64,000 bases of DNA from an uncultured Thermoprotei archaeon (GCA_965367815.1 CBDUKN010000009.1:1-64000); one strand, 5' to 3'; positions 51,976 through 61,707 are shown, counted from the first letter of the stretch. Notes: generated from the sequence alone by a model not told the origin. A program made the numbers and translations.

Positions 51976-52455
51976 GTGCTCCTGCTAGTGCTCGACGTCT
52001 CTAAGGGCCCAGGCGGCACTGTTTTCGCAGTCATAGTCGTCGAGGAAGGAAGCTATAGAAAACTAAGGTCAATAATCAGTAGCTGGATCAAACACTATAA
52101 GGACTTGCCCAGTAGACGAAGAAGAAAATATTTGCTTGTTTTTGAAAGAAAATTTAATAAAATTAAAGACATGTTGTATTGCTATGGATGTTTTACTAGA
52201 TTTGATAGTGTTTTAAGGATTATTGATTTATTTGCTGGTAAGTCAAAGTTAATTATTGTCGACGATAAGTTTTACACGCTTATCAAAAGCAAATATGGCG
52301 GTAAAGTCGTGGCAGAGGGGAAAGCAAAGCCCTATTATTCAGCATTTATTTTACTCGCCGATAATTTAGCTAACTTAGTGAGAATTAAACTAAGTAAAGC
52401 GAAGTCTACTCTAAACAAATATAAGATACTCGAAGAATACAGGAAGAAGAAATGA
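51976..52455 (+). CDS. Predicted RNase H-fold protein, DUF3800-like
   Basis: hhhhD.S (LVLDVS), H..DL, IIVDD, hhhAD..AN (ILLADNLAN); TTTATAAA box upstream. Confidence 0.65.
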   Translation: MLLLVLDVSKGPGGTVFAVIVVEEGSYRKLRSIISSWIKHYKDLPSRRRRKYLLVFERKFNKIKDMLYCYGCFTRFDSVLRIIDLFAGKSKLIIVDDKFYTLIKSKYGGKVVAEGKAKPYYSAFILLADNLANLVRIKLSKAKSTLNKYKILEEYRKKK

Positions 52456-52557
52456 CCCCTCACTCAGCGGGCCCATCGGACCCCCAGCTCATCTACACAT
52501 CGCCAGGGTCGCCTCCGCCCGCATCATGCCCCGGGGCCCATCGGGCACAAAGCCCTC
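52453..52557 (-). ncRNA. Candidate structured GC-rich RNA convergent with the DUF3800-like gene
   Basis: Minus-strand TTTTTATA at 52581-52588; stems GTGCCC/GGGCAT, GCGGGC/GCCCGC, GACCCTGGC/GCTGGGGGTC; 11-nt direct repeat; pyrimidine tail. Confidence 0.6.
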
Positions 52558-52790
52558 AAACACTATCTCGCCGCAAACGATATAAAAATTACGTTTTAAG
52601 CAAAAAGTATTGTTTCTCACGAAGCCTCTCCTTTATCTTTAATTGTTTGCTAGCCGTCAGCACACATGCAGCATATGAGGCTATTTTCTTACTGCGGGAA
52701 CGTCCGCTCTTGTGCCAGGTTTTCGCTTATGTTCGGGTTTATAAGTCTCAGCTGAAGCCGCTGTGAGGAAAGTAGACGGCGGGTGAGACT

Positions 52791-53060
52791 TTGAGGTGTT
52801 TCCGCCTAGACAGGCCCTGCGCCTTTAGAGACCAGAAAGGCTTCTGCCAGTTCAGCTCTCAGGTGATCACCGAGGACTGTCCTGAAGACTGCCCATATCT
52901 CTGGAGACAGTTCTTCGGGAAGAAAAGTAGCAGCAGACTGCACAGTTCTCTGCGTATACGAGCTCCCAGACGAGTGCCCGAAGAAACGCCGCCTCCTAGA
53001 AAAGGCTCTGAGAAAATGAAAAATACCCTTTTATTCAAAGTTTTCAGTATTTTGCTATAA
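52791..53060 (+). CDS. Small Cys-rich hypothetical protein, possibly frameshifted or decayed
   Basis: TTTATAA box and GGTGA RBS; five Cys in the first 34 aa. Confidence 0.45.
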   Translation: MRCFRLDRPCAFRDQKGFCQFSSQVITEDCPEDCPYLWRQFFGKKSSSRLHSSLRIRAPRRVPEETPPPRKGSEKMKNTLLFKVFSILL

Positions 53061-53111
53061 ATCTCTATATTCTTGACTAAAGTATTATACTAACTTTTAC
53101 TCTTATTCCTT

Positions 53112-53996
53112 TTAAATATCTCTGATGATCTTTTGCAATACTCTGCATGTAAGATCCCGCGTCTGAATTAGTTCGTCTAACACTTCGGCTTTAGAATCCA
53201 AATTTTTCATCATGCCGAGAAGAATACGTTTAACTCTCAACCCATGTGCCCCTATTACGGATCTACGCTTATAAATTCTCTTGATTAGCTCTTTATCCTG
53301 TGTCGAGAGCTCGAAGCCGTGCTTAGTAAGGACATTAATTATGCTCCCAGCAGAATCTACCTTAAGTTTAGAAATATTATTTCCCCTAACGTAAGCATAA
53401 ATATAGCTTAGTGACTCCAAGATTCTGCACAACTGAACTAGCTTTTCTTCCATTGATAAAATTTCGTGCTCACGGGCTAAATCAGCGAGAACAATCTTTA
53501 AGACTTCTATTAGCCTCTTATCGCTCAGCTTTGACAGTTTATTAAGCTTTTTAAAGGACTCCTTCACGCAGTTCCATGACTTCGTCCTCTTCTTCCCCGC
53601 TGGAAGGAAAAACAGCGTATACTCTGAATTCACTATAGTGCCTGAAGGTTTTAGTGAGCCAGTGTCACCTAAGGGATTCAGCCCAGAGCTCATGCGGGTT
53701 ACCATCCTTAATGCTGTGGACGAGTCTGGCCATATAGCATCCACGTGATATACTGCATTGATAATGACCATATCTGGGTCATATACCTTTAATAGTCCTA
53801 CAGCTTTTCGGAGTTTTTTCAGAGCTTCACTATGAAGTATACAATGTGCTTCGTATATACTCCACCTTCTCGGATCCGGCTGTAAATCAACAGCAAAAAC
53901 CGTCTCTATACATAAATCTTCAAGTGGAGATAACAAAGCTACATCCGAAATCGTCGATGAAGCTGGTGTGTGACCATTAGTCGCCAATATGGCCAT
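53112..53996 (-). CDS. Apea/MAE_28990-like HEPN domain protein
   Basis: C-terminal LCRILESL and YKRRSVIGAHG (Rx4-6H) motif. Confidence 0.7.
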   Translation of the reverse strand: MAILATNGHTPASSTISDVALLSPLEDLCIETVFAVDLQPDPRRWSIYEAHCILHSEALKKLRKAVGLLKVYDPDMVIINAVYHVDAIWPDSSTALRMVTRMSSGLNPLGDTGSLKPSGTIVNSEYTLFFLPAGKKRTKSWNCVKESFKKLNKLSKLSDKRLIEVLKIVLADLAREHEILSMEEKLVQLCRILESLSYIYAYVRGNNISKLKVDSAGSIINVLTKHGFELSTQDKELIKRIYKRRSVIGAHGLRVKRILLGMMKNLDSKAEVLDELIQTRDLTCRVLQKIIRDI

Positions 53997-54077
53997 AGCG
54001 ATAGTTCTTGAAGAATCTCTTCCTTAAAGCCTGAACTATTTAATTTAATGCAGACAAAGTGTATCATCAGTATTCTT

Positions 54078-55673
54078 TTATTCTTCTATAGGAAATCTCA
54101 TAGGAATACCTTGTTTCTTAGATAATTCACGTGCAACAGTTTTTCTTTCATCATCATTAGTGAGTGTAGGTAGGAGTAGTAGCATTTTCAATTCTTCGGT
54201 ATCGGGTTTGAAGTCTAACAATAGGTATTTGCGGCTAATTGATCTTAGATGCTCCTCTACTTCTTCTTTCATTAGAGCCGGTGTTCCCGCTAGAACTACC
54301 AATACGTTCTCTCCTATTATCTCACTTAGTTTCTCTTTTAGCTGATCTTTAGTTAAAGGCTCATTGCTTGCAAGTATTTTAACAGAATATATACCATCTT
54401 CAATATTGACAATAAGTTCTTCGCTTCCTGATAGCGATAGTTCATAAGCAGGTTCTAGTCCTAATAGATTCAAGAACTCAAATACCGCTTCTTCTGTTTT
54501 TCTGTAAAACTCTTCACTTGACAATTTACTTATATCAATAGGTTTAGAGAGAACTCTTCTTCTAATTACTTCTAGGGGCGCCTTGCTTTCATACCATTTT
54601 ATTATCTCATTAGTTACTATCTGCACTACTTCTCCTCTACGCCCTCCTGTTTCCTCATATATCTTCTGATACCATTCTTCTGGAAAAATAGGTATTATAT
54701 CAGTTTTATATACTATTGAAGCTACTTTAGATATTTTTTCTACTAACTTTTTAATATCTTCTATTGTAAAATCTTTGATAGCCAGCTCAAACAGCTTGAA
54801 TCTATTTAAACTATCATACTCTACTAGGATATCATTTAGTCTCTTTTTCTCGCATGCTAGAACTAGAAGAAGGCTTGGTATATCTCTTTCATAAAGCGAC
54901 ATAAGTAGTGAAAGGAATCGCTGTCTTTTAGAAAAGTCCTCTATTCCTAGTACTTCTAGCTCGTCTATTAATAATATGGATATTCCTGCCTGACTCAAAG
55001 TTTTTAGCATAAAAGCTAACTGCGCTAGAGCGTCATGTTCAGAGAGATTAGGAAGAATTATCGTATGTAGATACTCTTTCTTCTCGAACAGTTTTTTAAG
55101 TCGATCCTCGGCGTCAACATCTCCTTTAGCAGCTTTAATCAAGAGCTTGGATATTTCTTTGCCGAAAATTCTACTCATGCTTTTCAGAGTTCTTTCTTCG
55201 AAGTTTTCTGGACTTATAGTAGATTCGATTTTCATTATCTGTGATGCTAGTCCTATCCAAGGAGCCGGGCCTCCCTCTATTATAATACCTTTAATAATGT
55301 TTATCCACGAAATGCCCTGTTCTCTCAGCGAAATATATGGACAAAGAGCCACTCTAACTTTATCAAAAGGCGGCACTTTTTCTTCAGCATATTCTTTAAT
55401 AAGCTGCAAGGCGAAAGTTTTTCCTCCTCTAAAGGGAGCTGTTATTACCACTACTTCAGGTCTTCCAGACTCTTTTACACAGTCTACTTTTTCTGATATA
55501 GCCTCGATAATGTCGTCAACTGCTACAGCTATTGTTGAAGGAGAAGGAGGCACAACACCATTTTTACAATGGTTTAGTATTTTTGCTGCATCTATCTTTT
55601 CGGCCATTTTCTGCTCGAATGCCACTTTTATCTGAGAAATTTTCTGCAGAATTTTTACAATATCTCTAGACAA
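54078..55673 (-). CDS. P-loop (AAA+/BrxD-like) ATPase with extra C-terminal domain
   Basis: VITAPFRGGKTF Walker A variant, ILLIDELE Walker B, SLNRF, TGGRRG. Confidence 0.75.
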   Translation of the reverse strand: MSRDIVKILQKISQIKVAFEQKMAEKIDAAKILNHCKNGVVPPSPSTIAVAVDDIIEAISEKVDCVKESGRPEVVVITAPFRGGKTFALQLIKEYAEEKVPPFDKVRVALCPYISLREQGISWINIIKGIIIEGGPAPWIGLASQIMKIESTISPENFEERTLKSMSRIFGKEISKLLIKAAKGDVDAEDRLKKLFEKKEYLHTIILPNLSEHDALAQLAFMLKTLSQAGISILLIDELEVLGIEDFSKRQRFLSLLMSLYERDIPSLLLVLACEKKRLNDILVEYDSLNRFKLFELAIKDFTIEDIKKLVEKISKVASIVYKTDIIPIFPEEWYQKIYEETGGRRGEVVQIVTNEIIKWYESKAPLEVIRRRVLSKPIDISKLSSEEFYRKTEEAVFEFLNLLGLEPAYELSLSGSEELIVNIEDGIYSVKILASNEPLTKDQLKEKLSEIIGENVLVVLAGTPALMKEEVEEHLRSISRKYLLLDFKPDTEELKMLLLLPTLTNDDERKTVARELSKKQGIPMRFPIEE

Positions 55674-56191
55674 ACTACATCACCTCTAGCTCTATACACT
55701 CGAATACGAGGATCTATTTTTCTTAATTCAAACAAGGCAATTTTAAATCTCAAGGGGTCTATTTTGATGCCCATTTCTTCTTCAACTAGAGTTCTTAGAA
55801 TATTATCCTCTGCTACACTATAGCCTGCAGCTTTAAGCTTCTCGTATGACTTCAAAACAGCCTCGTGTAGCTTATTTAAATCTATTTTTTCTGCGTAAAT
55901 CAATCTCTTTTCTAGACGCTCAAGCTTCAAATTAATGTCTCTAAATAGCTCCCTCACAGAATCTTCCACTATTTTATAAGTCAAGTATACTTTATAACCT
56001 CTACCAACTCTAATTTCCATTATATATCCTTTTTCCTTGAGACTCTCGTAAGCTTTAGCGTACTCCTCTCCTAAATTGGTTATCTTTGACTTACTTATTC
56101 CGCTAAAATAGTGTTTCTTCAGAAGCTCTAACAACTTTCTTTCATAAACTGACAACTCCTCCATAGCCTGTTCACTTGTACTCCTTTTCAA
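55655..56191 (-). CDS. Predicted winged-helix protein (wHTH - coiled coil - wHTH)
   Basis: LSVYERKLLELL, SLKEKGYI, VYLT; overlaps both neighbours. Confidence 0.65.
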   Translation of the reverse strand: MKRSTSEQAMEELSVYERKLLELLKKHYFSGISKSKITNLGEEYAKAYESLKEKGYIMEIRVGRGYKVYLTYKIVEDSVRELFRDINLKLERLEKRLIYAEKIDLNKLHEAVLKSYEKLKAAGYSVAEDNILRTLVEEEMGIKIDPLRFKIALFELRKIDPRIRVYRARGDVVCLEIL

Positions 56192-56495
56192 CTACTATCA
56201 ATAATGTACGTGTTTTTAGGACCGCTTTTACTTGTTTACGCTTTAATTCAAAAGGCAAAATAAATTCTTTATAAAAATCTCTCCCCTCAATATCAGTAGC
56301 GGTTACATGTATGCGATTTCCGTGGACTTTGACCTTAACATCCTCTTTTCTCACAGGAGGCAACTCTATAATAATTTTAACACACTTCCCGTCATCGTAA
56401 ATCTCGCTGTAGGGCTCCTCTATTAACCAGTAACCACTTCTTCGTACTCCAAAGTCATCAAACCAGTCATAATCCTCCTCGAACCCTGAACTCAC
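56172..56495 (-). CDS. Small heat-shock (Hsp20/alpha-crystallin)-like protein
   Basis: EPYSEIYD, IIIELPPVRKEDVKV, FYKEFILP; the usual NGVL motif is replaced by TRTL. Confidence 0.8.
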   Translation of the reverse strand: MSSGFEEDYDWFDDFGVRRSGYWLIEEPYSEIYDDGKCVKIIIELPPVRKEDVKVKVHGNRIHVTATDIEGRDFYKEFILPFELKRKQVKAVLKTRTLLIVVEKEYK

Positions 56496-56654
56496 GATAA
56501 AACTATTGCGCAGTCTCTTAGAAAAACATTTCCTCTAATGTCTGCACCTAATTAGGCCCACATATTAGCAGTATATTTATTTTGAAAATCTCCCGATATT
56601 CGCTTCAAATACTTCGCAGACATCATTATTTAAATACTTAACGAAAAGAATACG

Positions 56655-57008
56655 ATGTCTTACTTTGTTGCAGACTCCTCGGGACTTGAATGCATCTACA
56701 GAATCATCAAAAAGAATAAAACTCCTTTAGCTAGATACAATATAATTCATGTCTCTTCTGAGACCGCTTCTTCCTCAAGAATCAGCGGCAAATTCGCCAA
56801 AAAGCACCTAGTAGTGCATAAAGTACCAGCACTTAAAATAATGAAAACTATGAACTTACTCAAAGTGAGCTATGAAACAGCCTCGGCCCTATCATTAGCT
56901 AAAAGACTAAATGCAATATATCTAACTGCAAGCAAAGAAGCATACATTAAAGCCCGTAAATATGGACTAAAAGCTCTTTTAGTTGAGTATTCACTAAATA
57001 CTGTTTAG
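56655..57008 (+). CDS. Degenerate PIN-domain-like protein
   Basis: FVADSS, SYETASALSLAKRLNA.YLTA pattern lacking the later acidic residues. Confidence 0.55.
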   Translation: MSYFVADSSGLECIYRIIKKNKTPLARYNIIHVSSETASSSRISGKFAKKHLVVHKVPALKIMKTMNLLKVSYETASALSLAKRLNAIYLTASKEAYIKARKYGLKALLVEYSLNTV

Positions 57009-57059
57009 CTCCTTGAGAACAAAATATTAATTTCCTGAGACTAAAATGTATGCTTAGCA

Positions 57060-57830
57060 ATGAGCGAAGACGTAATTAAGGAAGGCGACCACATTCTGCT
57101 TTATTACAATAGAAGGAAAAAATTCTTAGTTAAAGTAATTGCTGACAAAAAAATTCATACACATAAGGGCATAGTAAACTGTAGCGACATAATAGGCAAA
57201 AAATACGGCGAAATCATTAAAACACATGTAGGCGAAGAATTCATTTTATCGAAACCTATCTTTCCAGATTATTTAGCTAAGTTCAAAAGAGCTACTCAAG
57301 TAATACATCCTAAGGACCTGTCTCTTATTGTATTTTTAAGCGGAATAGGACCTGGATCTATCGTAGTCGAAGCAGGAACAGGATCGGGATTCCTTACAGC
57401 AACGCTAGCCTACTATGTAAGACCGGAAGGAAAAGTTTACAGCTACGAAGTAAGGAGAGACTTTCTCGAAGTAGCTAAGAGAAACTTAAAGCTATGCGGC
57501 CTCTTAGACTACGTCATCTTAAAACATAAGAATATAGCAGAAGGAATAGACGAGAAAAATGTAGATGCAGTAATACTAGATATGCCCAATCCTTGGGACG
57601 TAGTAGCCCATGCCAAAAGTGCGCTTAGACACGGTGGCGTCTTCGCTTCATTTTCACCAACTATAAATCAAGTTGAAAAAGTTGTTGAAACTTTACGTGA
57701 AGAAAACTTTATGGAAATAACTTCGCTAGAGGTCTTTCTAAGGAAAATAAAGGTCGAGAAAGGAGAGACTAGGCCAGAAACCTTTATGATAGCTCACACA
57801 GGCTATCTTGTTTTCGCAAGAAAACCTTAA
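57060..57830 (+). CDS. trmI: tRNA (adenine57/58-N1) methyltransferase
   Basis: TQVIHPKD, EAGTGSG, LDMPNPW, HTGYL. Confidence 0.96.
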   Translation: MSEDVIKEGDHILLYYNRRKKFLVKVIADKKIHTHKGIVNCSDIIGKKYGEIIKTHVGEEFILSKPIFPDYLAKFKRATQVIHPKDLSLIVFLSGIGPGSIVVEAGTGSGFLTATLAYYVRPEGKVYSYEVRRDFLEVAKRNLKLCGLLDYVILKHKNIAEGIDEKNVDAVILDMPNPWDVVAHAKSALRHGGVFASFSPTINQVEKVVETLREENFMEITSLEVFLRKIKVEKGETRPETFMIAHTGYLVFARKP

Positions 57831-57831
57831 G

Positions 57832-59784
57832 CTACATTCTTGCAATAGGCTTTATTCCAATGATATTGAGCGTATTGCGCATTATTATTGCAGTGGATGC
57901 TACTAGAACAAGCCTGGCTTTCTTCAATTCTTCATTTTCCGCAGACAGCACAGGATAGTTGTCATAGAACAGATTAAACTGTTTAGCAAGATCATTTGCG
58001 TAATCAACTATATAGTCTGGCCTAAGGTCATCTGCAGCTTTAGCTACAATAGCAGGGAATTTTCCAAGATGCTTAATCAACTGTCTTTCTTCTTTTGAAG
58101 ATAGTAGAGAGAAATCGGCATCTAGAAACAGTGCCTTTTCACCTAGACCACTTTTCGCTATAATATTATGCGCTCTTACGTAAGCGTACTGCAGAAACGG
58201 CCCGCTATTCTGAGAGAAATCTAAAACTCTTTTCCAGTCAAAAGATATAGTCTTAGTTGGAGAAACACACAGCATAGCATACTTTAAAGCTCCCACACCC
58301 ACCGCTTCTGCAATAGCCTCTTTTTCTTCCTCAGGTAAAGCTCTAGACCTCTTCTCTATTTCTGCTCTAGCTCTAGTTACTGCTTCATCCAACAGCTCAT
58401 CTATAGTAATTATCTCTCCTCTTCTACTAGACATTCTTCTGGCTCCTGCTAGTTTTACGTGCTCATACGCATAGTGTACCAGATTTATTGCCTCCTCTTT
58501 ATAGCCTAAAACACATAGTGCTACCTTAAGATGAAGTTGCGCAAGTTTCTGTTCAACACCAATGACATTTATAACTCTTCTTGCTTTTTCAAACTTCATG
58601 ATAGTATAGGCAATGTCTCTGGTAGTATACAGAGTAGAACCATCAGACCTTACAAGAACCATAGATGGTATTTCGTATCTAGGCGATAATCCCAGTAAGC
58701 TCTTAAGTTCAAGCAATTCAGCAGCTCTATTGGCGTCGAATACAAGAGCACCCTCTTTTCTGAAAACAAAACCAGAAGACCTCAATCCCTCTATTACTCT
58801 ATCTACGAGCCCGCTCCACACAACATTACTCTCCCAGTCCCAAGAATCAAAAAATATACCTAGCCTGCTTAAAGTTTCTTTGAATCCCTCCAAACACAAT
58901 TTTACGGTTTTTCTTACAATATCTACTACATCAGGGTCCTTCTGTTCATAGAGTCTATTTATCATAGATACCTTTTCTTCCGGATCTGAGTCAGAGGATA
59001 TAGAAGTGAGAAGCTTTCTAAATACTTCAGGGTTTCTTTCTTCAAGTTTTGAAAGAATACCTAAAGTCTCATCCAGCTCCGACAACTTCTGCTTGTATTC
59101 ATCGAACAGCCCCTCACTTTTAAGTCTCTCAATCTCCTTCTTAAGCGAAATAGTTTCAACAATATTATACGTACACGCATAAATGTACCCTATAAAATGA
59201 TCAGGCTTTGTAGGTGGACCCGGCATACCTAGCTTACTGTAACCGTAAGCAGCGTAAGCAACCTGAAGCCCTACATCATCAATATAGAAGTGTCTTGACA
59301 CTCTGTGTCCTCTTAGCTCTAGTATTCTGGCAAGAGAATCTCCTAAACAACAGTTTCTGAGATGCCCTATATGAAGAGGATGTATGGGATTTGCACTCGT
59401 ATGCTCAACAATAATACTGGTCGGAGACTCAACAGGATTAAAACCATATTTAGCCCCGAGCTCCTTAATAGAGGAAAAAACTACTTTAGCCAATTCAGCA
59501 GAACTTAAAGTAAAATTCACATAACCTCCAGCACACTCAATTTTATCGAGAAAAGATAGCCCCTGTCCACTAAACTTACTTTTAATTCTCTTTGCTACAG
59601 CGTCAGGTCTCTCACCAACTCTTTTAGCTATACTAAAGCACTTAAAGGAAAAATCACCAAACTTTTTCTCCTCTTCTACAACAACATCAACGTCTAGACC
59701 GTACTCTTCACGTATAATTCTCTTTACTTCTTTCTCAATAACACTCACAATAAACTCTACAGGACTGTAAATCATTCCACACAT
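57832..59784 (-). CDS. argS: Arginine-tRNA ligase (start probably MIYSP at 59775)
   Basis: EHTSANPIHPLHIGH, RSDG..LY.TRD, MSSRRG, GPFLQYA, C-terminal RM. Confidence 0.97.
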   Translation of the reverse strand: MCGMIYSPVEFIVSVIEKEVKRIIREEYGLDVDVVVEEEKKFGDFSFKCFSIAKRVGERPDAVAKRIKSKFSGQGLSFLDKIECAGGYVNFTLSSAELAKVVFSSIKELGAKYGFNPVESPTSIIVEHTSANPIHPLHIGHLRNCCLGDSLARILELRGHRVSRHFYIDDVGLQVAYAAYGYSKLGMPGPPTKPDHFIGYIYACTYNIVETISLKKEIERLKSEGLFDEYKQKLSELDETLGILSKLEERNPEVFRKLLTSISSDSDPEEKVSMINRLYEQKDPDVVDIVRKTVKLCLEGFKETLSRLGIFFDSWDWESNVVWSGLVDRVIEGLRSSGFVFRKEGALVFDANRAAELLELKSLLGLSPRYEIPSMVLVRSDGSTLYTTRDIAYTIMKFEKARRVINVIGVEQKLAQLHLKVALCVLGYKEEAINLVHYAYEHVKLAGARRMSSRRGEIITIDELLDEAVTRARAEIEKRSRALPEEEKEAIAEAVGVGALKYAMLCVSPTKTISFDWKRVLDFSQNSGPFLQYAYVRAHNIIAKSGLGEKALFLDADFSLLSSKEERQLIKHLGKFPAIVAKAADDLRPDYIVDYANDLAKQFNLFYDNYPVLSAENEELKKARLVLVASTAIIMRNTLNIIGIKPIARM

Positions 59785-59860
59785 ATCATTAAAGTCACCT
59801 TTATAAAACCTACCTCTAACACCCGAATAAGATTTAAATGAGAGTTACAATAATCTAAAA

Positions 59861-59938
59861 GGGCCCGTAGCTCAGCCAGGAAAGAGCGGCGGCCTGCGGA
59901 GCCGTAGGCCCCGGGTTCAAGTCCCGGCGGGCCCGCCA
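59861..59938 (+). tRNA. tRNA-Arg(GCG), CCA encoded
   Basis: GCGGC-CT-GCG-GA-GCCGT; divergent from argS. Confidence 0.96.
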
Positions 59939-60201
59939 TTAAGAAAAAGAGAATAATTTTCAAGCAATTTTATTTAGTGATGAATCAGAGAACACCACAA
60001 CAAGTATTCCTTGATCACTTAGAAAAACTTCTACAAAGTACTTTTAAACTAAAGTTAAGTCTATAATTAAACAATAAACACTGCAATATCATATCAGACT
60101 CCACATAATAGCATACTAGGAAATATAACTTCACTTCGCAGCCGCAAAATCACCTTGAACAAAATAGCAGTAACATAGTGGCGAGAATTCGCTGAAGGAA
60201 G

Positions 60202-60275
60202 TGGGGCCGCCGGGATTTGAACCCGGGACCACCAGGGCCCAAGCCTGGCATCCTACCAAGCTAGACTACGGCCCC
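60202..60275 (-). tRNA. tRNA-Pro(TGG)
   Basis: CCAGG-CT-TGG-GC-CCTGG cloverleaf. Confidence 0.95.
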
Positions 60276-60315
60276 GATTACTCGGTGCTAGACAGATAAA
60301 TAAACTTTACTAGTT

Positions 60316-61707
60316 CTACCAACTTCTCAAGTGCTCCTTACTTAAAATAGACCTAGCTGCAATAATTCCGGAAATAGATGCTTGAACTAATCCTCTTGTT
60401 AACCCAGACCCGTCTCCTATGCAGTACAGGTTTTTGATAGTAGTTGTTTCTAATTCGCTGTTAACGTCGACTCTGAGTGAATAGAATTTTACTTCAACAC
60501 CGTATAAGAGCGTGTGATCTGAATATACTCCTGGAGCCACTTTGTTTAATGCTTTTAGCATTTCCTTTATGTTCACTAAGTACCTGTACGGTAGTACAAA
60601 ACTAAGATCTCCTGGAGTAGCTGTTTTTAAAGTAGGCTCGACTATTGACCTTTTTATTCTGTCTTTAGTAGATCTGCGTCCTCGGAAAAGATCTCCCAGT
60701 CTCTGGACGATTACTCCGCCTCCTATTATGTTGGCTAGTCTTGCGATATATTTTCCGTAAGCTATAGGGTCTTCAAAAGGTTCAGTGAACTTTGTGCTTA
60801 CAAGTATAGCGAAATTCGTATTATCTGTTTTCTTATCTTCGTAGCTATGTCCATTCACGGTAATTATGTCTTCGTATACTTCTGCTATAACCTCTCCATG
60901 AGGATTCACGCAGAAAGTTCTTACTTTGTCATCAAATGTCTTAGAGTAGTATATAAACTTTGGTTCGTAAAGCCTGCTTGTAAGCTCCTCCATTACTTCA
61001 GCTGGAACTTCTATTCGAACTCCTAAGTCTACTGGATTTACTTTCATTTTCACTCCGATTTTCGTTAAGTTATTTTTAAGCCATTCTGCTCCTCCTCTGC
61101 CGGGAGCTAAAATAACATATTTTGCTTCAACTATATCGCCAGTTTTAAGCTTAATTCCTTTTACACAGTTATTTTTGACTATGACTTCCGATACCTCTGT
61201 ATTTAATATAATATCTACTTTTCTCTCAAGATCTTTTTTCATGTTCGATAAAACTTTTTTGCAGCCATCAGAACCCATGTGTCTTATTCGAGTATAAACG
61301 AGTTTTAAGCCAACTTGTCTAGCCTTCCACTTCAAGTAGTCAAAGAAATCGGGATCAGGTTCGTATATTTTTGAAGAAGCCCCATAATTTAAATAGATTT
61401 TATCAACATAGTCCATTAGCTGAGCAAGTTCCTCTTTTGATATGAGCTCAAGAAGCCAGCCGCCGCTTTCAAAAGAGTAGTTTAATTTACCGTCGCTAAA
61501 CGCTCCAGCCCCGCCCCACCCGCTTATCATATTGCAAGGTTTACACTTTAGGCATTTTCCTTTAATAAGTATATTACATACTCTTTTGTCTATATCTCTC
61601 CCTTTATCTATCAATGCTATCTTCAAGTCTGATTTTTTTGAAAGCTCCATAGCCGCAAATATTCCTGAAGGCCCTGCACCAACTATAACTACGTCATAGC
61701 GCAGCAA
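60316..61707 (-). CDS. FAD-dependent oxidoreductase (COG2509-like)
   Basis: GAGPSG, GGAGAFSDGK, VRTFC.NP.G, GVEVKFYS, GDGSG.TRG. Confidence 0.9.
   Translation of the reverse strand: MLRYDVVIVGAGPSGIFAAMELSKKSDLKIALIDKGRDIDKRVCNILIKGKCLKCKPCNMISGWGGAGAFSDGKLNYSFESGGWLLELISKEELAQLMDYVDKIYLNYGASSKIYEPDPDFFDYLKWKARQVGLKLVYTRIRHMGSDGCKKVLSNMKKDLERKVDIILNTEVSEVIVKNNCVKGIKLKTGDIVEAKYVILAPGRGGAEWLKNNLTKIGVKMKVNPVDLGVRIEVPAEVMEELTSRLYEPKFIYYSKTFDDKVRTFCVNPHGEVIAEVYEDIITVNGHSYEDKKTDNTNFAILVSTKFTEPFEDPIAYGKYIARLANIIGGGVIVQRLGDLFRGRRSTKDRIKRSIVEPTLKTATPGDLSFVLPYRYLVNIKEMLKALNKVAPGVYSDHTLLYGVEVKFYSLRVDVNSELETTTIKNLYCIGDGSGLTRGLVQASISGIIAARSILSKEHLRSW

Noticed and set aside
52452-52766. 104-aa ORF after the DUF3800-like gene
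   Set aside because: Pro/Ser-rich translation of the GC-rich RNA-like block running into AT-rich promoter DNA; not coding-like.
54078-55673. Complete BREX system
   Set aside because: Only a loosely BrxD-like ATPase; no pglZ, pglX or brxC partners.
59861-59938. tRNA-Arg(GCG) as attR of the element at tRNA-Arg(TCT)
   Set aside because: It is a full isoacceptor with its own promoter and mismatches in the 3' half; argS and trmI would fall inside the element.
59975-60020. GTGATGA as the C box of another sRNA
   Set aside because: No properly spaced D', C' and D boxes.
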